Source of the DNA: Geosiphon pyriformis uo1
Lineage: Eukaryota > Fungi > Glomeromycota
NCBI GenBank assembly: GCA_016748015.1
Contig: JAAOMT010000779.1
Location: 356,220 to 420,219, forward strand
Length of the DNA: 64,000 nt
Reading direction: 5' to 3'
Below are positions 50,980-64,000 of this stretch, one piece after another; positions within the stretch are counted from its first letter, which is position 1, and the number at the start of each line of letters is the position of its first letter. The notes under the pieces are model-generated. The model saw nothing but the letters and a program-made list of their open reading frames with translations. It was not told the DNA's origin and ran no database searches. A program made the translations under genes and the position numbers.

Positions 50980-52285
50980 TTTGGAATTAATTAAAGAGGA
51001 ATGTTTACTAATTTGTGGAATTAATGATTTAAAATTGTTTCTGAAATGATAATACTTTAATTAATCTTCATGTATAATTTTTGTTAGAATTTTGTTATCA
51101 AGTCTTAATTTGTATGATTTATTGCCTAGAATTTCATGAATATAAAATGGTCCATCTTATTTATGTTCAAATTTTCCACTTCATTGTTTTTTAGCTTTAG
51201 TTCTATATAAGAGAACTTTGTTTCCAATTTTAAATTTATTGGTAATTTGTGATAATTTGTTGTTATGTCATTCTTTTTATTAAGCTTAAAAGTATTTAAT
51301 ATATGTGGCTGCTATTTATTGTTTTTTTTTCAAAGTACTAAGAAAGATGTAGACTTTTTGTTAAAGTGTTTCCTAAAAGTTTTTTCATTAATTAGTTGTA
51401 CAGAATATGTTTTCACAGTAAAATTAACTGGTAATATTGCTGTTTTTCTATAGATTAGATCAAAAAATATGTGTTTTATAATATTTTGTTTTAGTATTTT
51501 GTATATTAGTAACACTAATAGAATAAAAATATCCCATTTTTGCTCAAAATTAATTGAAACTTTGGCTAATAATTTACATAAAGTTTAGTTAAAACATTTT
51601 ATTAATCTGTTTATTTGTAGATAATATAATAATAATAGGGATTATTTAACATTGAATTGTCACAAATTTTTTGTATTAAGTTGTTCACAAAATATGTTTC
51701 TTGATTAGATAAAGTTTAATTGAATATTTATGTTTACAAATAATGTTTTTATAAATGAAATTTGCTATTGATTTTGTGTCTGTTTTTTGAATAGCTCTAG
51801 TTTCAAATTATTTGATAAGATAATTTACTGCAACTATAATATAATGGCTTTTTTTAGTAATAATAGGTAACAATCCAACTAAATTAATTTTTACTTTATT
51901 AAAAGATTGTCTAACTTTAAAAATTTAATAAGACAAGTTTCTTTTTTTTTAACAATTATTATATAATTTTATATACTGTTGAATATCTTGTATATATAAA
52001 GCCAAAAATAATATTCTAGTGTTCTTTGCATTGTGTTGTCTCTTTTTAAATATCCTAATAAAAAGTTTATATGTATGTTATATAAGATTGTTTTTTTTTA
52101 TTTTATTAGACTAATCTGAATAGATTTGTTAAGTTTTGGTGATTTTGATAATAAATTTTGTTATAATGCAAAAAGTATTATTTAGATTGGTATTGTAATT
52201 AGTGTTTTTTGACTGAAGACCAATTTTTTGGTATTTTAAGAGTCTCCAAATAGTTTTTGATATTGTTGTAGTTTTTAGAATTTAT
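50980..52285 (-). pseudogene. G4 integrase, separate ORF
   Basis: Starts ATA (inferred ATG) NSKNYNNIKNYLETL; GPF motif at ~51145-51155. Confidence 0.8.
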
Positions 52286-52329
52286 TGTTTTATTTGTTAA
52301 TTATTGTTAAGTTGATGGTTTGTTTAATT

Positions 52330-53720
52330 CTAATCTTGTTTTATTCTGGAAAAATTATTTATATTTGTATATAATTTGTCTAGTTTGTAGTAAACAATAT
52401 ATTTGTAGTCTGTTAAAAAATCAGACTATTGAGATTATTTGGTATTAAGTTCAGAGTTTTTCTTGTTGAACTATTTAAGATCAATATTATTCATAATAAT
52501 AATAAATTAAAATCTATTTTAAAGATATTATTGGAAGTGTTTTAAAGCTTAAATAATAACTGCTGTTTTTAATTCAATAGAACTATATTTGAGTTTAGTT
52601 GGTTTGAAAGTTCTGTTAACATAAGCAATTACTCATTTATTGCTGTTATTATTCAATTATAATAGGATAATATTAAAAGTTATGTGTAAAGCATCAGTAA
52701 CTAACAAAATTTTTTATTAAAATCTAAATATATGAGAATTGGAGCTGTAATAAGTTTTTCTTTAAAGGTGTTAAATGCTTATTATTGAACTTATATTTAT
52801 TAATATTTTATATTCTTATTGGTTAAATAGTTGAATAGTTCAGCAATTTTAAAGAATTTTTTGATGAATTTTCAATAATAAAAGGTTAATTTTATAAATT
52901 TTCTTAGTTCTATAGTATTTTAAAGAACTTTGAAATTCTTAATAGCACTAATTGTTTCTAAATTAGATTAAACTCTATCTTTGTTAACAATATGCTTAAG
53001 AAAAATCAAACTTGTTTTTCCAAAGTGACATTTTTCAATGTTTAACTTTAATTTTGCTTTTTGTAATTATTAAAAAACTTTTTACAAATAAATTAGATAG
53101 GCTTCAAAACTTGAAGAGTATATATTAGTATTATCTAAGTAAATAATTACTAATTGCCATAAGAGTTTTTTATAAACAATATTCATAAGTTTTTGGAATG
53201 TTGTTGGTATATTACAGAATTTAAAAAGCATTATATTAAACTCATAATTTTCTTTTTAGATAGTAAATGCTGTTTTAAAACAGTTTTTGAAATCTATTTC
53301 AACTTGCTAATATCTACTTTTCAAGTTTAAAGTTGAAAAAAACTTGGTTTTTTCCAGAGCATCTAATATATTGTTAATTCTTAATAATAAGTAGACATTT
53401 CTAATTATAACACTCTTCAATTGTTAATAGTTTACACAAAATCTAATTTTGTTATTTTTTTTATGAAAACTATTGGTAAGACTCAAAAGTTTCTTGATAG
53501 TTGAATAAGACTATTATTAAACATTTGTTGAACTTTTTCTCTAATTAATTGATGGTTAGTAAGTAGAACTTTATAAACTTGTTGATATTTTAATGAAGTA
53601 TTTCCTATATGAATTTAATGTTATATGATATTAGTTTTTCTAAGATCATTATTATTTTTGATAAATATATTGACATATTCAGCAATTAATTGTTTTAATT
53701 ATCTTTGTTGTTGAAGTTTT
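52330..53720 (-). pseudogene. G4 RT and RNase H
   Basis: RFCVNY, IYLDN, VTDA, NFSRIKQD* (stop at 52330-52332). Confidence 0.82.
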
Positions 53721-54164
53721 AAGGAATTTATGTTGATTTAAGAGAGTTTCTCTTTTATAACATAGTAGTTTTTAGTAGTAAAAGTAATATTTGGGTTAAA
53801 AAGTAGTGTATATTTCATGATTTTAATAAAATTAGCAACCATTTGGGGGGTTTTATCTTGGAAAATATGATTCTAATTTCTATTTTATTTAATAAAACAA
53901 TAGAGTAGTTGTTGAAATTGTAGAATATAACTCAAAATTTTTTTATTTCTTTTAAAATATAAATATTTAGAATTGAAATTTCATGCTTTAAACAGATTTG
54001 TTTATTTGACTTGAAGATTTATTGAGTAGTAGTAGGTTTTAAACAAGTATAGATTTCGTAATATTCTCTAAAAAAAAATAGTAATTGGTTGAAAAAGTCT
54101 AAGAATTTGGTAAAATTTATTTTGTATATTAAGAGCTATATTTACTAGAACTGTAAATTATTTT

Positions 54165-54560
54165 ATTAAACCAAAATCTTGAATTTTTTTTCACTTTTTT
54201 TTAATTGTTCTCTGCTATTAACTAATTATAAATCTGAAATATTAATTAAAAGTAAGTAGATTGCTTAAGCAATTTTTTCAATTTTAAATAATTTATTAGT
54301 TTTGTTTTATAACAAAATTGTAATGTTTCTAGTGTATCTTGTATCTATAATTCTTTCTTTAATGTTGATTTTTTTGCTTGCCAATAATGATTAAAAAATA
54401 ATTTGAATCATTGCTCTTAGTGAAATTTCGAATGCAATTTTTAGGTTAATTTTTATTAAAAATTTTGGTTAAAAGACTAAAATATCTTTTCTTGGATATT
54501 ATAAATTGTATTTAGTATCTATTTTATGAACTTTTTTTGGTTTTATTTTTTGTTTATTGT
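54165..54560 (-). pseudogene. dut: G4 dUTPase domain
   Basis: NLKIAFEISL..IIDTRYTRNI..KIA*AIY..QDFGL. Confidence 0.75.
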
Positions 54561-54612
54561 TGTCAAAGTATTAGAGTTGTATGATAAACTGATTTTCAAT
54601 AAGATAAATTAA

Positions 54613-55587
54613 TGTTACCAATAGAATTTTAGTTATTAATTGGCATGAAATTATTTTTATAATTCTTATTATTAATTGGCACATATTAATATTACTTCAA
54701 ATTATCACTTATTATTTAACCAAATTATTGAATATTATAATTTAATTAATAATTCAATTTGTACTCTAAAAATTAAGATGATTAAATTACATAATATCTT
54801 AAACTACTTAATATTTAAGAATTCATTAAAATTTATAAAAATTTGCCAAATTAATAGATAATTTCCAGAAATAGTTAATAGTTTATTAAAATAACTTGTA
54901 GTTTACTGAAATGTATTTTTAGTCTATTGAAATCATAACAAAAAAAAAAGTTCAAGTTTATAAACTAGTATTATAACAAGTTAAATAAAAGAAAAACTTC
55001 TCTTTTCGAGAAAATATATCTTATTTTAAATATCTTAATTAGAACAAATTATTTCTTATAATTTCTTACAAAATTAAATAAAAATTAAATATTTGAAAAC
55101 CCAAATCTTTAATTATTATACTGAAATTTTCCAAAACCCAATTAATGTTTTGAAATTGATTAGCTACTAATTTTAATAATTTGTTAGTAACTCCAGACCT
55201 GAATAGAAAATGTTTCCTTTAATAAAATTCTATTTTTTTTATATTTTCTTTACTTTTTTTTATTTTTTTTATTATAATTATTAGAGTAACCTATAGACAA
55301 AATTTTTGTAGAAGATTTAACTTTCACAATAAAGTAACCATACATTTTTAGTAAGCTTTCAGATGAGCAATTCCTAGAAAAGAGTTGATGTTTACTATAA
55401 TATAACTACATAAAGTAATTGGTACAAAATTAACCATTCTATTTATAAGTTCAGCAATTCAAATTATAGGAAATAATTTAAAAATAAATTCAGTTATTGA
55501 AGATTTATTAACTTTTAGAAAACATAAATTTACAACAAGCAAACATTAATAATATTCAAGAAAAAAGACCAAAAACTTTTAATAACA
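54613..55587 (+). repeat. Solo LTR of the G4 family, inverted, inside G4
   Basis: Reverse complement of 58877-59836 end to end; TGTTAC..ATAACA; flanks TTAA/TCAG. Confidence 0.87.
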
Positions 55588-58500
55588 TCAGATTGTTGTA
55601 ATTTTTTTTTGGTTCAAATTTTCTAAATTTGATTTTATATTTATTATTTTTACTGGACAACAAAATGCTAATTATATAGCATTTTAGACATTATTAGTTA
55701 TCACAAAGCATAATATATTTTTTATACAGTTAGATATTTATTTGTTTTAATTATTAAATTTAAGTTTTTTTGGTTAAATAAACATAATTTGTAATTTGAT
55801 AATAAGTTTCTATTTCATCTTTATAATTAAATCCAGCTAGTTCTATTGTATACTTAATATATTTTGCTTTTTTTATTTAGTGTACATTTTTTTGGGTTCT
55901 TTTATTAATTAAAACTATAATCAGTTCATAAATTATTTCAATATTATGTGAATAATAGTAGAGTTTATTAAAAGCACTATTATATATTGCATCAAAAAAA
56001 GTTTTTTTTTTCACTTTTTTGCAATTTAAAGTGCATATTAACAGGTTTGATTACAGATCTCTTCTTATTATAATATTAATTCAATTATATTCTTCTGATA
56101 GCATTTCTTCACATATAAAACAAGGGATGTTATACTATTTTCCACTTTATTTGGAATATTCAAATCATTTTCTATAGCATGTTTTGCAAAAATAGTAAAT
56201 GTATATTTCATATTTTTTTTCTGAAAATATGCATGCTTTTATTAACAAAAGCTTTTTGTTACAATCTTTATATTTAAGTAAAATATAAAATAGTTGTTTT
56301 TATGGTTTTAGTATAGAATACTAAACAACATTCTATTTTCTGATTTATTTAAAGATTTTTTGTTCTGTTTTTTTAGCCTAATTAGATATTAATCCAAAAG
56401 TTATATATGTTTTAGTAATTGGCATTTTTTTTTCTTCTTTAAATTCGAATACCAGAACTTTTTCAGATTATTTATTAAATATATTATATATAACAAATAC
56501 TTAAGTATATTGTTCTTGGTATAAAATTTTTAATTTTTGTGTTTCTCAGTTTAAGTTTATATTGGCTTTAAGAAGCCAATTATTTCTGACAAAAACTTTA
56601 ATTAAAATAATAATTCTGTTAATTGTAAAAAAAAATTGTTAATTTCTTTTACTGAAGTTTTTTTATATTATCAGCTGTAATAATAACTGTTTAAGCTGGT
56701 CTGTTAATGTTTTATTTGAGCTATTACATCAACTGATAAGTGATAATGCTTCTAATAAATTCATTGTCTAATATTAACCAAATTGGTTTTTTTATAATTT
56801 TGTCTTTTGTATACATTGCTGTAATTGCTTTTTGCCTATTAACTACTGCATTATTAAGTAAAGATAATAATTAATTAGCTTTGAATTTGAATAAAAATAT
56901 ATCTAAAAGATTGGTATTTTGGGTAATTTGGGCTGATAAGATGGTATTATTAAAAAAGTTTAATCTTGATATTATAGTTTTACTTTTTAAAAATGTAATT
57001 TGTTGAAAACTTAATTCTTTTAGTATTGTAAAATAACTAAATTAAGTATGGTAATGTATGAGCTTTTGCTGAACTAGATTTTAGGAAACTAATTAATTGT
57101 TGAGATTGAATTAATTATTGTTAAAAAACCAATTTTATGATGCAAATTGGTTTTATTAGATTAATTTTTAAGCAGATATTTGATATTGCTGATCAAATAG
57201 TTGTTAATACTATTGCTAAATAAATTGTGAAGCAAATTAATAGTAATTATTCTAGTATTAGAGTCTTAATGAATAATAAGCTGATAATAAAGATTGATAA
57301 TAAAATTGTTAAAATTGAGAATAATATTGATTATTCTTTTATTGTTAATCTTATTGCATTTTTTGGCAATCTTATTTCTAATATCTGAAAATTCCACAAT
57401 AGTAACAGCTTTAAAATTAGTTGTTTGATAATAATATATAGTTGTTTTAATTGTATTATTGGAGTAATTAATATCTTTGCTGTTATTATTGTTGTTAATT
57501 AATAAAATAATTCTCGACTTTTTTGGTCAATTAATCAATTTTTTTTTTAGCTGCTAAGCTGGTTTCTCCAATTGCAAGATTTTCAAGTTTGGTGCAGTTA
57601 GCTTTTTCTATTATTATTTTATAAGCTTTAGTATATTAAATAATAGCAATTAGATTTTCTAAAGCATGTGGTCAAACTTTTTTAATGAGTTTGTCCTTTA
57701 ATCCTACAATAAACTAATTCAAAATCTGGGCATTAAAGTAATAGTTATTGGTTTCCAATTGTTAAATTTGTTAGAAAAGTTTGTTGAATCTTTCAAAATA
57801 GGTCATAACAGTTTTAAATAATTCTTATTTAATATTGTAAAAATAATTTTAGAGAGTAATAAAGGTGTTGTTATTGATAAATTGTTTTAGAAAAACATCT
57901 TTAAATATTTTCTGGTTTTTAAAAAGTTTAGTCAAATTTTCAAACCATTTTTTTGTTATTTCTTAAAAAAAATATGAAATTGCTTTTAGTATTCTTGCTG
58001 TATTCTATCTATTTACATCTTCTGCTTTCTGGATTTTGTCAAGCTATTTTTGTGGACTAATGTTAATATCTTCTTTAGTAAATTCAGTAATTTTTGTGAT
58101 ATAAGTGATTATTATGTCTTTTGTATTTTCATTTTTAATAGTTTTTTTCTTTGTAGATTTAGAAATGTCTTCATTATTATTAGAGTAATTGCTTTGGTTT
58201 TTTGTTAGAAAATTAAGAAGATTGATATTAATAAAGATTTATTAAAACTATTGTGTTAAACTTTTAGTAATGTGAAATTTTCTGGTTTTAAAAACCAAAT
58301 TAATAGTAAATTAAGTATTTATGGTTAAATAAATAAAATTAAGAATAATATGATTAAAAGTAGTAATTTGATGCTGGTTTCTTGTTTAAGTATTTATAAG
58401 TGTTTAGCAGTTACTTTTAATATATTATGTGTTGTATAACTAGTTTATAGTGTTTTTTTTTTCTGTTTTTCTTTATTGTTATTTTCAAGTTCTAATTCAA

Positions 58501-58876
58501 AGTTAAGAGAGTATTTAGACTGTACTGAATATTTTTTCTTATAATATTGAATAATGTTAAAGTTAAGTTCTTTAAAGTAAGTATTAAATATTTTATTGTT
58601 AAAGTCTGTAGTTCCTAAGTAAAAGTAGTATATTAAATTTTTGTAAAGACTTTTTCTGACTTCTAAAATATTATAATTTCCAAAAAGATAATTATTAATA
58701 CAATTTTTAATATATTAGTATAGTAATTTCTTAAAAATTTCAATTCTATCTGAAATATTAAATCTTTGTTTGCAGTGAGTATAGATTGACTGATAATACT
58801 CTAGAGTTATTGTGTTTAATATGGTTGTTACTTTGAAGTTGTTATTGCTGTATTATTTTTGTAAAAGAGTACTAAA

Positions 58877-59836
58877 TATTATTAAAGATTTTTGGTTTCT
58901 TTTCTAAAATATTGTTAATGTCTGTTTGCTATAAATTCACATTTATTAGAAGTTATTAACCTCTAATAACTGAATTTATCTTCAAATTATCTTTTATAAT
59001 TTGAACTGCTAGGCTTATAAGTAAAATAGCCAATTTTGTATTAGTTATTATATATAGTTATTTTGTAGTAAAAAGTTAATTCTTTCTTGGAAATTTTTTG
59101 TCTAAAAGCTCACTAAAATATGTAGTTATTTTGCTGTAAAAATTAACTTTTCTATAGGAATCTTGTTTGTAAACAATCTTAATAATTATAATAAGAATAT
59201 GAAAAAATAAAAGAAATAGAATTTTGTTAAGAAAATTGTTTTCTGATCCAGGCTTAAAGTTATTAACAGATTATTGAAATTAATAGTTAATTAATTTCAA
59301 AACATTAGTTGAATTTTTAGAAAATTTTAAATATAAATAGTAAGGAAATTTGGTTTTTAAGTATTTGATGTTTTTATTACTTTTTGTAAAGCTAATTAAT
59401 GTAAATTAAAATAATTCTAAGTAAAATAGATATATTTTTTTAAAAAGAAAAGCTTTTTTTTATACAATTTGTTATAATATTAGTCTATAAATTTAAACTT
59501 TTTTCTTTGCTATAATTTCAATAAATTAAAGATATATTTTGATAAATTACAAATTATATCAATAAATTATTAACTATTTCAGTGAATTTATTTATTATTT
59601 TGGCAAATTTCTACAAATTTTAATAAATTTTTGAATATTATATAGTTTAGGATATTGTTTAATTTAATTATTCTAATTTCTATTATATAAATCAGATTAT
59701 TAATTAAATAGTAATATTTAATAATTTAATTAAATAATAAGTAATAATTTGAAATAATATTAATATATATTAATTAATGATAGGAATTATAAGAGTAATT
59801 TCATGCTAGTTAATAGCTAAAATTTTACTGATAACA
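58877..59836 (-). repeat. G4 5' LTR
   Basis: TATTAT..ATAACA termini; next to the PBS remnant. Confidence 0.87.
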
Positions 59837-62800
59837 CTATTTTAGCAATTAATAATTTAAGTTTATAAAACTTAGAAGTTTGTTTATTTTTTAAACAATT
59901 AAATACACTAAACCAATGTTTAAAAAAAATCAAATCTGCTAAGTTAGTTATTACTAATCTCAATATTTCCCATATAAAATTCAAATTACCTAGTATCTTT
60001 ACATTTATAAACCTATTTAACAATATTTATATTTTGGCAGAAGAGTATTTTTTAAAGTAAATTTACTTGATAATATCCGAATTTTTGATTTTAAACTTTC
60101 AATAATCTTTGTTAGCTTGCTTTTAGATCATATTTAAGCATTTATTCAAAAGATTATTTAAGTTAAAAAAACAGAAACAGCCATATAGTTAGTATTAAAA
60201 AGTTAAATATATTATTAATACTTTAATTTACTATAGCTATTAAGAAATGTTTACTAATAAAAATAAAATCAATAGTTTTTTTTACTTCTTTTAAATTATT
60301 TTATATTAAAACTTAAAGAAAAAACTATTTAAAAAAGAGTTATACAGACCCAAATTCAAATATTTCTTGAAATTTGCACTATGTTTTACTTTATCTTTAT
60401 TAAAATTATTATTTAGAATTACATGAAAACTTGAATTAACAGTCTTGAAAATATATGTATTTATTTTATATATCTGGTTAAATCTAATATCAGCCAAAAC
60501 ATTAACATACAAACCCAAAATTGTTATTAAAACTTTATTGGTAAAAAAAAATTAAATAGAAATAAAATAACCAGAAATCTTAAAAACTTTATATATATAT
60601 CAAACAAAATTATCATTCATTATTATTGTTACTTCTAAACCTAAATAACTAATATTTAATTTAGAAATAAAAACTTTCAAATTTGAAAATCAATTATTAA
60701 TCTTAGATTTAATTCACTTTTTTAGTTTTGTCTTAGTAATAAAAAAAACCAAATTGCTTAAATTTCTATACTATTTAATAACATTTTTCTGTTTAGTTAA
60801 ATTGTTTAATTCTCTGATATTACAAATTACAAACTTCTAAACAAAACTGGTTATTGATGTAAAAAGAATATTTAAGAACTTGAACTAATATACAACTAAT
60901 CCAATTTATTAAATATAAAATTAACAGATATCTTAAAAGCAATTATTTTAGATTCCAGACCTTTAATTTTGGTTGTTAAGATCTTAAAGTTACTTGAATT
61001 CAGAATTAAGATTTTAGCCAATGCTAATAAAAAAAAAGTAAAACCCAGAAAATATCCAAAATTATGTTTGTTTTTATATAAAAAACAATGATAAAAAATA
61101 TTCAAAACCAAGTTTAAAGCCAAACTTAAACTCAAAACTGAAAAATCTGTTAAAATAAAAGAAAAAGAAATAGATATAAGAAGTACCAAATTTATATCAT
61201 CTAATTTATATATAATTATCAACATTTGGTTTGTTAATAGCTCCAAAGAATATTTTAAAGAAGCTAGTTAATCATTAAAAAAAAACATGTCTTATAAACA
61301 GAAAGAATATTACTAAGATAAAAATTACTAGATAGAAAAGATTTGGAAAGAAAACTAAAATAAATATCAATAAAACTAACTATTAAAGAAATTATTTGTG
61401 CTTAAGATTTGCCACTAAAAACAATAGAATAGACAATAGAAGTATTTTTTTTTGTGTATAGATGAACTAACTAAAAGCAATTTTTATCAAAGATAAATTT
61501 CTTATAAAATTTTTTTAAAATAGGGACAAACAAACCTAAAGAGTTATATTTGAAAAAAAAGTGCTTAAAATACTTATATTTCTTATAATAAACTATATTA
61601 AATCTTGTTTAAGAGAATTTAATATCACTAAATATTAGTTTTATGTAAAAGACAGATTCTAGTTTTTTATAAGACTTAAAATTAATTGCAACATAATGAA
61701 TCTTATTATTAGTTTTAAATGACTAATTAATAACACAAGTTTTTTTACCAGCTCTTTTTAATAGAACACCAAAATCATAAACAGTAGTTCTTACAAATAA
61801 AATAAATAAGAGTACCCTAAATTAATCTTTTAATATCTATATATTATAATCTTTTATAACTTTAGTTATTTGTACTGAATTTTTTCTAATTAAAAATGAT
61901 TATTTAACTACTAACAGATTTGCTTAATTCAATTTGGCAAATTTTATTACAGTCTTTTATTATAGCCTAATTAACTATAATTAAATTGATATAATTTAAT
62001 TAAACTCAAATACTGTAATGATAATTATTTTTTTAAGTATATTTATGAAAATTTTTTTAATTACTACAGTTTAATCTAACTTAATTTTTTGTCTTTTAAT
62101 ATTGTTGTTTATAATAATCTCTTTTTTTTTGGCTAATAATACAGTCTTTTCTATGTTTTTTTCAAATATAAATATTAATTTGATGATTTCTTTAAATTTT
62201 AAAAGAGTAGTAATTCTCTTAAAACTATTAATTACTAAAAAAAATTTCTGATAACTTGAGTTTTGACCAATTACTAATTTTCTATTTACAATTAAAAATT
62301 AATGTCCAATATAAAAATTACTTTTACTTGAGTTTTGGTAATTTTAAAATTAATTTATTTCTTGTCTAAAGACATTAAAAGGTAAAAAAAAAGCAAGATT
62401 TTATTATTATTTGAACTGTATTTTAATGTTTTATTAAAAGAATCAATTATTCTACTAGTATTAATTTTTTTGGCTTTAGAAATATTTATATTTGAATTAA
62501 AGTAACCTTTATTTTTATTGCTAACTTCATATTTAATATTATTATTAATAGTAAAAAAAACTATTGGTACCTATTTATTAGTATTTATTTTATTAAACTG
62601 TCTAATTACTTGTTTAATCTTTTGTCTGTCTTATTTTTTAAATATTTTACATTTCTTAAAGATGTTTTTTGTTATTGAACAAGACTTTTACTAATTGAAT
62701 CTGATGTCAAAACTCTTGTTAATTTTTTTTTAGGCATAAAATTATTTATAATGACAGTCAACTTAATAATAAAAAGATTTGTTTCTTAAAAAATAGTAAA

Positions 62801-63029
62801 AAATATTGCAGTAAAAATAAAAAAAACTTTTTTTAAAAAATGTTGACTTTTTTTTGGGAATTTAGAACAAAAAAAAAAAAAAAATTTTTTTTATTTTTAA
62901 AATTAAATAACTTAATCAATTAATTAATTAAAAATATATTCATAAATATGTTTTGTTTTGCTTTTAAAATTAATAATAATTTACAAAAAAAAATTATATT
63001 TAATAGTATAACCAATAATTAATCCTGAT

Positions 63030-63550
63030 TTATTTTAAAAGATATAATGATAATATTATTATTAATATTAAAAAAAAGTTGAATGTTATTAAAAAAATAT
63101 TATTTAAAATATTATTTAAAATTACAAAAAAATTTAATATAATAATAATAAATACAAATAACTACTGCTGTTTTTTGAAGCTTTTGACTTTTTTAGTTAT
63201 TTGCAAAATAATAATAATAATAGTAATAAAAAAAACTAGCTTATTATTAAAAACTTTAAAACTTTTAAATAAAATAGAAATAATATTAAAATTAACTTTA
63301 ATATATCTTTTAAAAAAAAATTTATTTAAGAAAAAACCATTAATTAAAAGTAAAAAGATGGTTTAAAAGTTATTTAAAATAACTATTTACTATTAATATT
63401 TGAAAAAAATGTTGTCAAAATATTTTGTTTAACTGTTTTAATAACAAAAAAACTTTTTTTTATTAAAATTTTATTAATTATTATAAAAAAAGTAATATTT
63501 AAAACTTTTTACTCTAATTGTAATTATAAAATTAGAAAAAAAAGAATTTT
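63030..63550 (-). mobile_element. 5' fragment of an ORF1 family-B element
   Basis: Direct similarity to 38400-38830. Confidence 0.65.
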
Positions 63551-63819
63551 TTTATTTTAGTTTAAATTAAAAATTAATTAAAAATTAATTAAATAATAAA
63601 TAGTTTATTAAAAATTATATTTATTTTAAGAGTTTTTTTTTAAAAATATATTTTATAACATAATAATATCTTTTATACTTAAAATAAAAATTTTATTTAA
63701 TAAATATATCATTATTGTAATTATTTAAATTAGAAATATTATTGTTTATAATTAGATTAAAATTCATTGCTATTATTGTAATAAGTAAAACAAAATTAAA
63801 AAAAAAACTGATTTTAAGT

Positions 63820-64000
63820 TAAACGCAGGAAATTGAGCAAATTGGTCAGAGACTAAGGAGTTATCATCAATCACGTGAATGTGATATAAACCACGATGGT
63901 GATATGTTGATGATACCATTTTACGATATGTGGTGGCCAGTTTGCGTTGTGTAGCAAATATAGGGTATTAAGCTAATAGTTGGTATTTACAATAACAAAC
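63820..64000. other. Compositionally distinct, CpG-containing non-repeat sequence (edge of the TE island)
   Basis: Abrupt rise in GC with several CpGs and a CACGTG after an extremely AT-rich tract. Confidence 0.55.

Larger units (their letters stand above)
49487..59836 (-). mobile_element. G4: decayed Ty3/Gypsy element of the same architecture
   Basis: LTRs 49487-50042 (internally deleted) and 58877-59836; TSD TTAT/CTAT; PBS remnant 58861-58874; PPT 50043-50055; IYLDN, xDGPF and dUTPase remnants. Confidence 0.88.
45700..62870 (-). mobile_element. LINE-B, full-length but heavily decayed; interrupted by G4
   Basis: 3' tail 45700-45830; RNase H ~47000-47120; RT 47600-48850; APE 60150-60855; ORF1 60855-62760; 5' motif 62840-62865; reads KLLIAKIV|KTLNL across G4. 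Confidence 0.85.

Overview
This 64 kb window is a eukaryotic, AT-rich nest of decayed transposable elements. I found no host protein-coding gene, rRNA, tRNA or CRISPR array; only the last ~180 bp look like unique sequence. A fungal origin (Glomeromycotina-like) is my inference. Contents: (i) LINE retrotransposons with ORF1 (RRM+CCHC) and ORF2 (APE-RT-RNase H-Zn knuckle): LINE-A 1-15680 (-), LINE-B 45700-62870 (-), 5'-truncated LINE-C 42980-45404 (+), a 3' fragment split by an insertion, and an ORF1-only element with a LINE 3' tail (40040-42305). (ii) Four diverged Ty3/Gypsy LTR elements, all on the - strand with LTR pairs, PBS, PPT and 4-bp TSDs: G1 1723-11934, G2 23396-33058, G3 16714-37644 (lacks RT-RH-IN), G4 49487-59836. 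There are also two solo LTRs. (iii) A 4.4-kb TIR DNA transposon, probably Academ-like (33092-37499). The main result is a shared, unusual architecture in this Gypsy lineage. One frame encodes Gag-PR-[Cys/Trp-rich module]-dUTPase-[dUTPase-like spacer]-RT-RNase H and ends in a stop. Integrase follows as a separate, out-of-frame ORF with its own start codon. A third ~245-codon ORF of unknown function is conserved in all four families and ends at the PPT. All repeats show strongly C>T/G>A-biased decay with few indels, resembling RIP or methylation-driven mutation.
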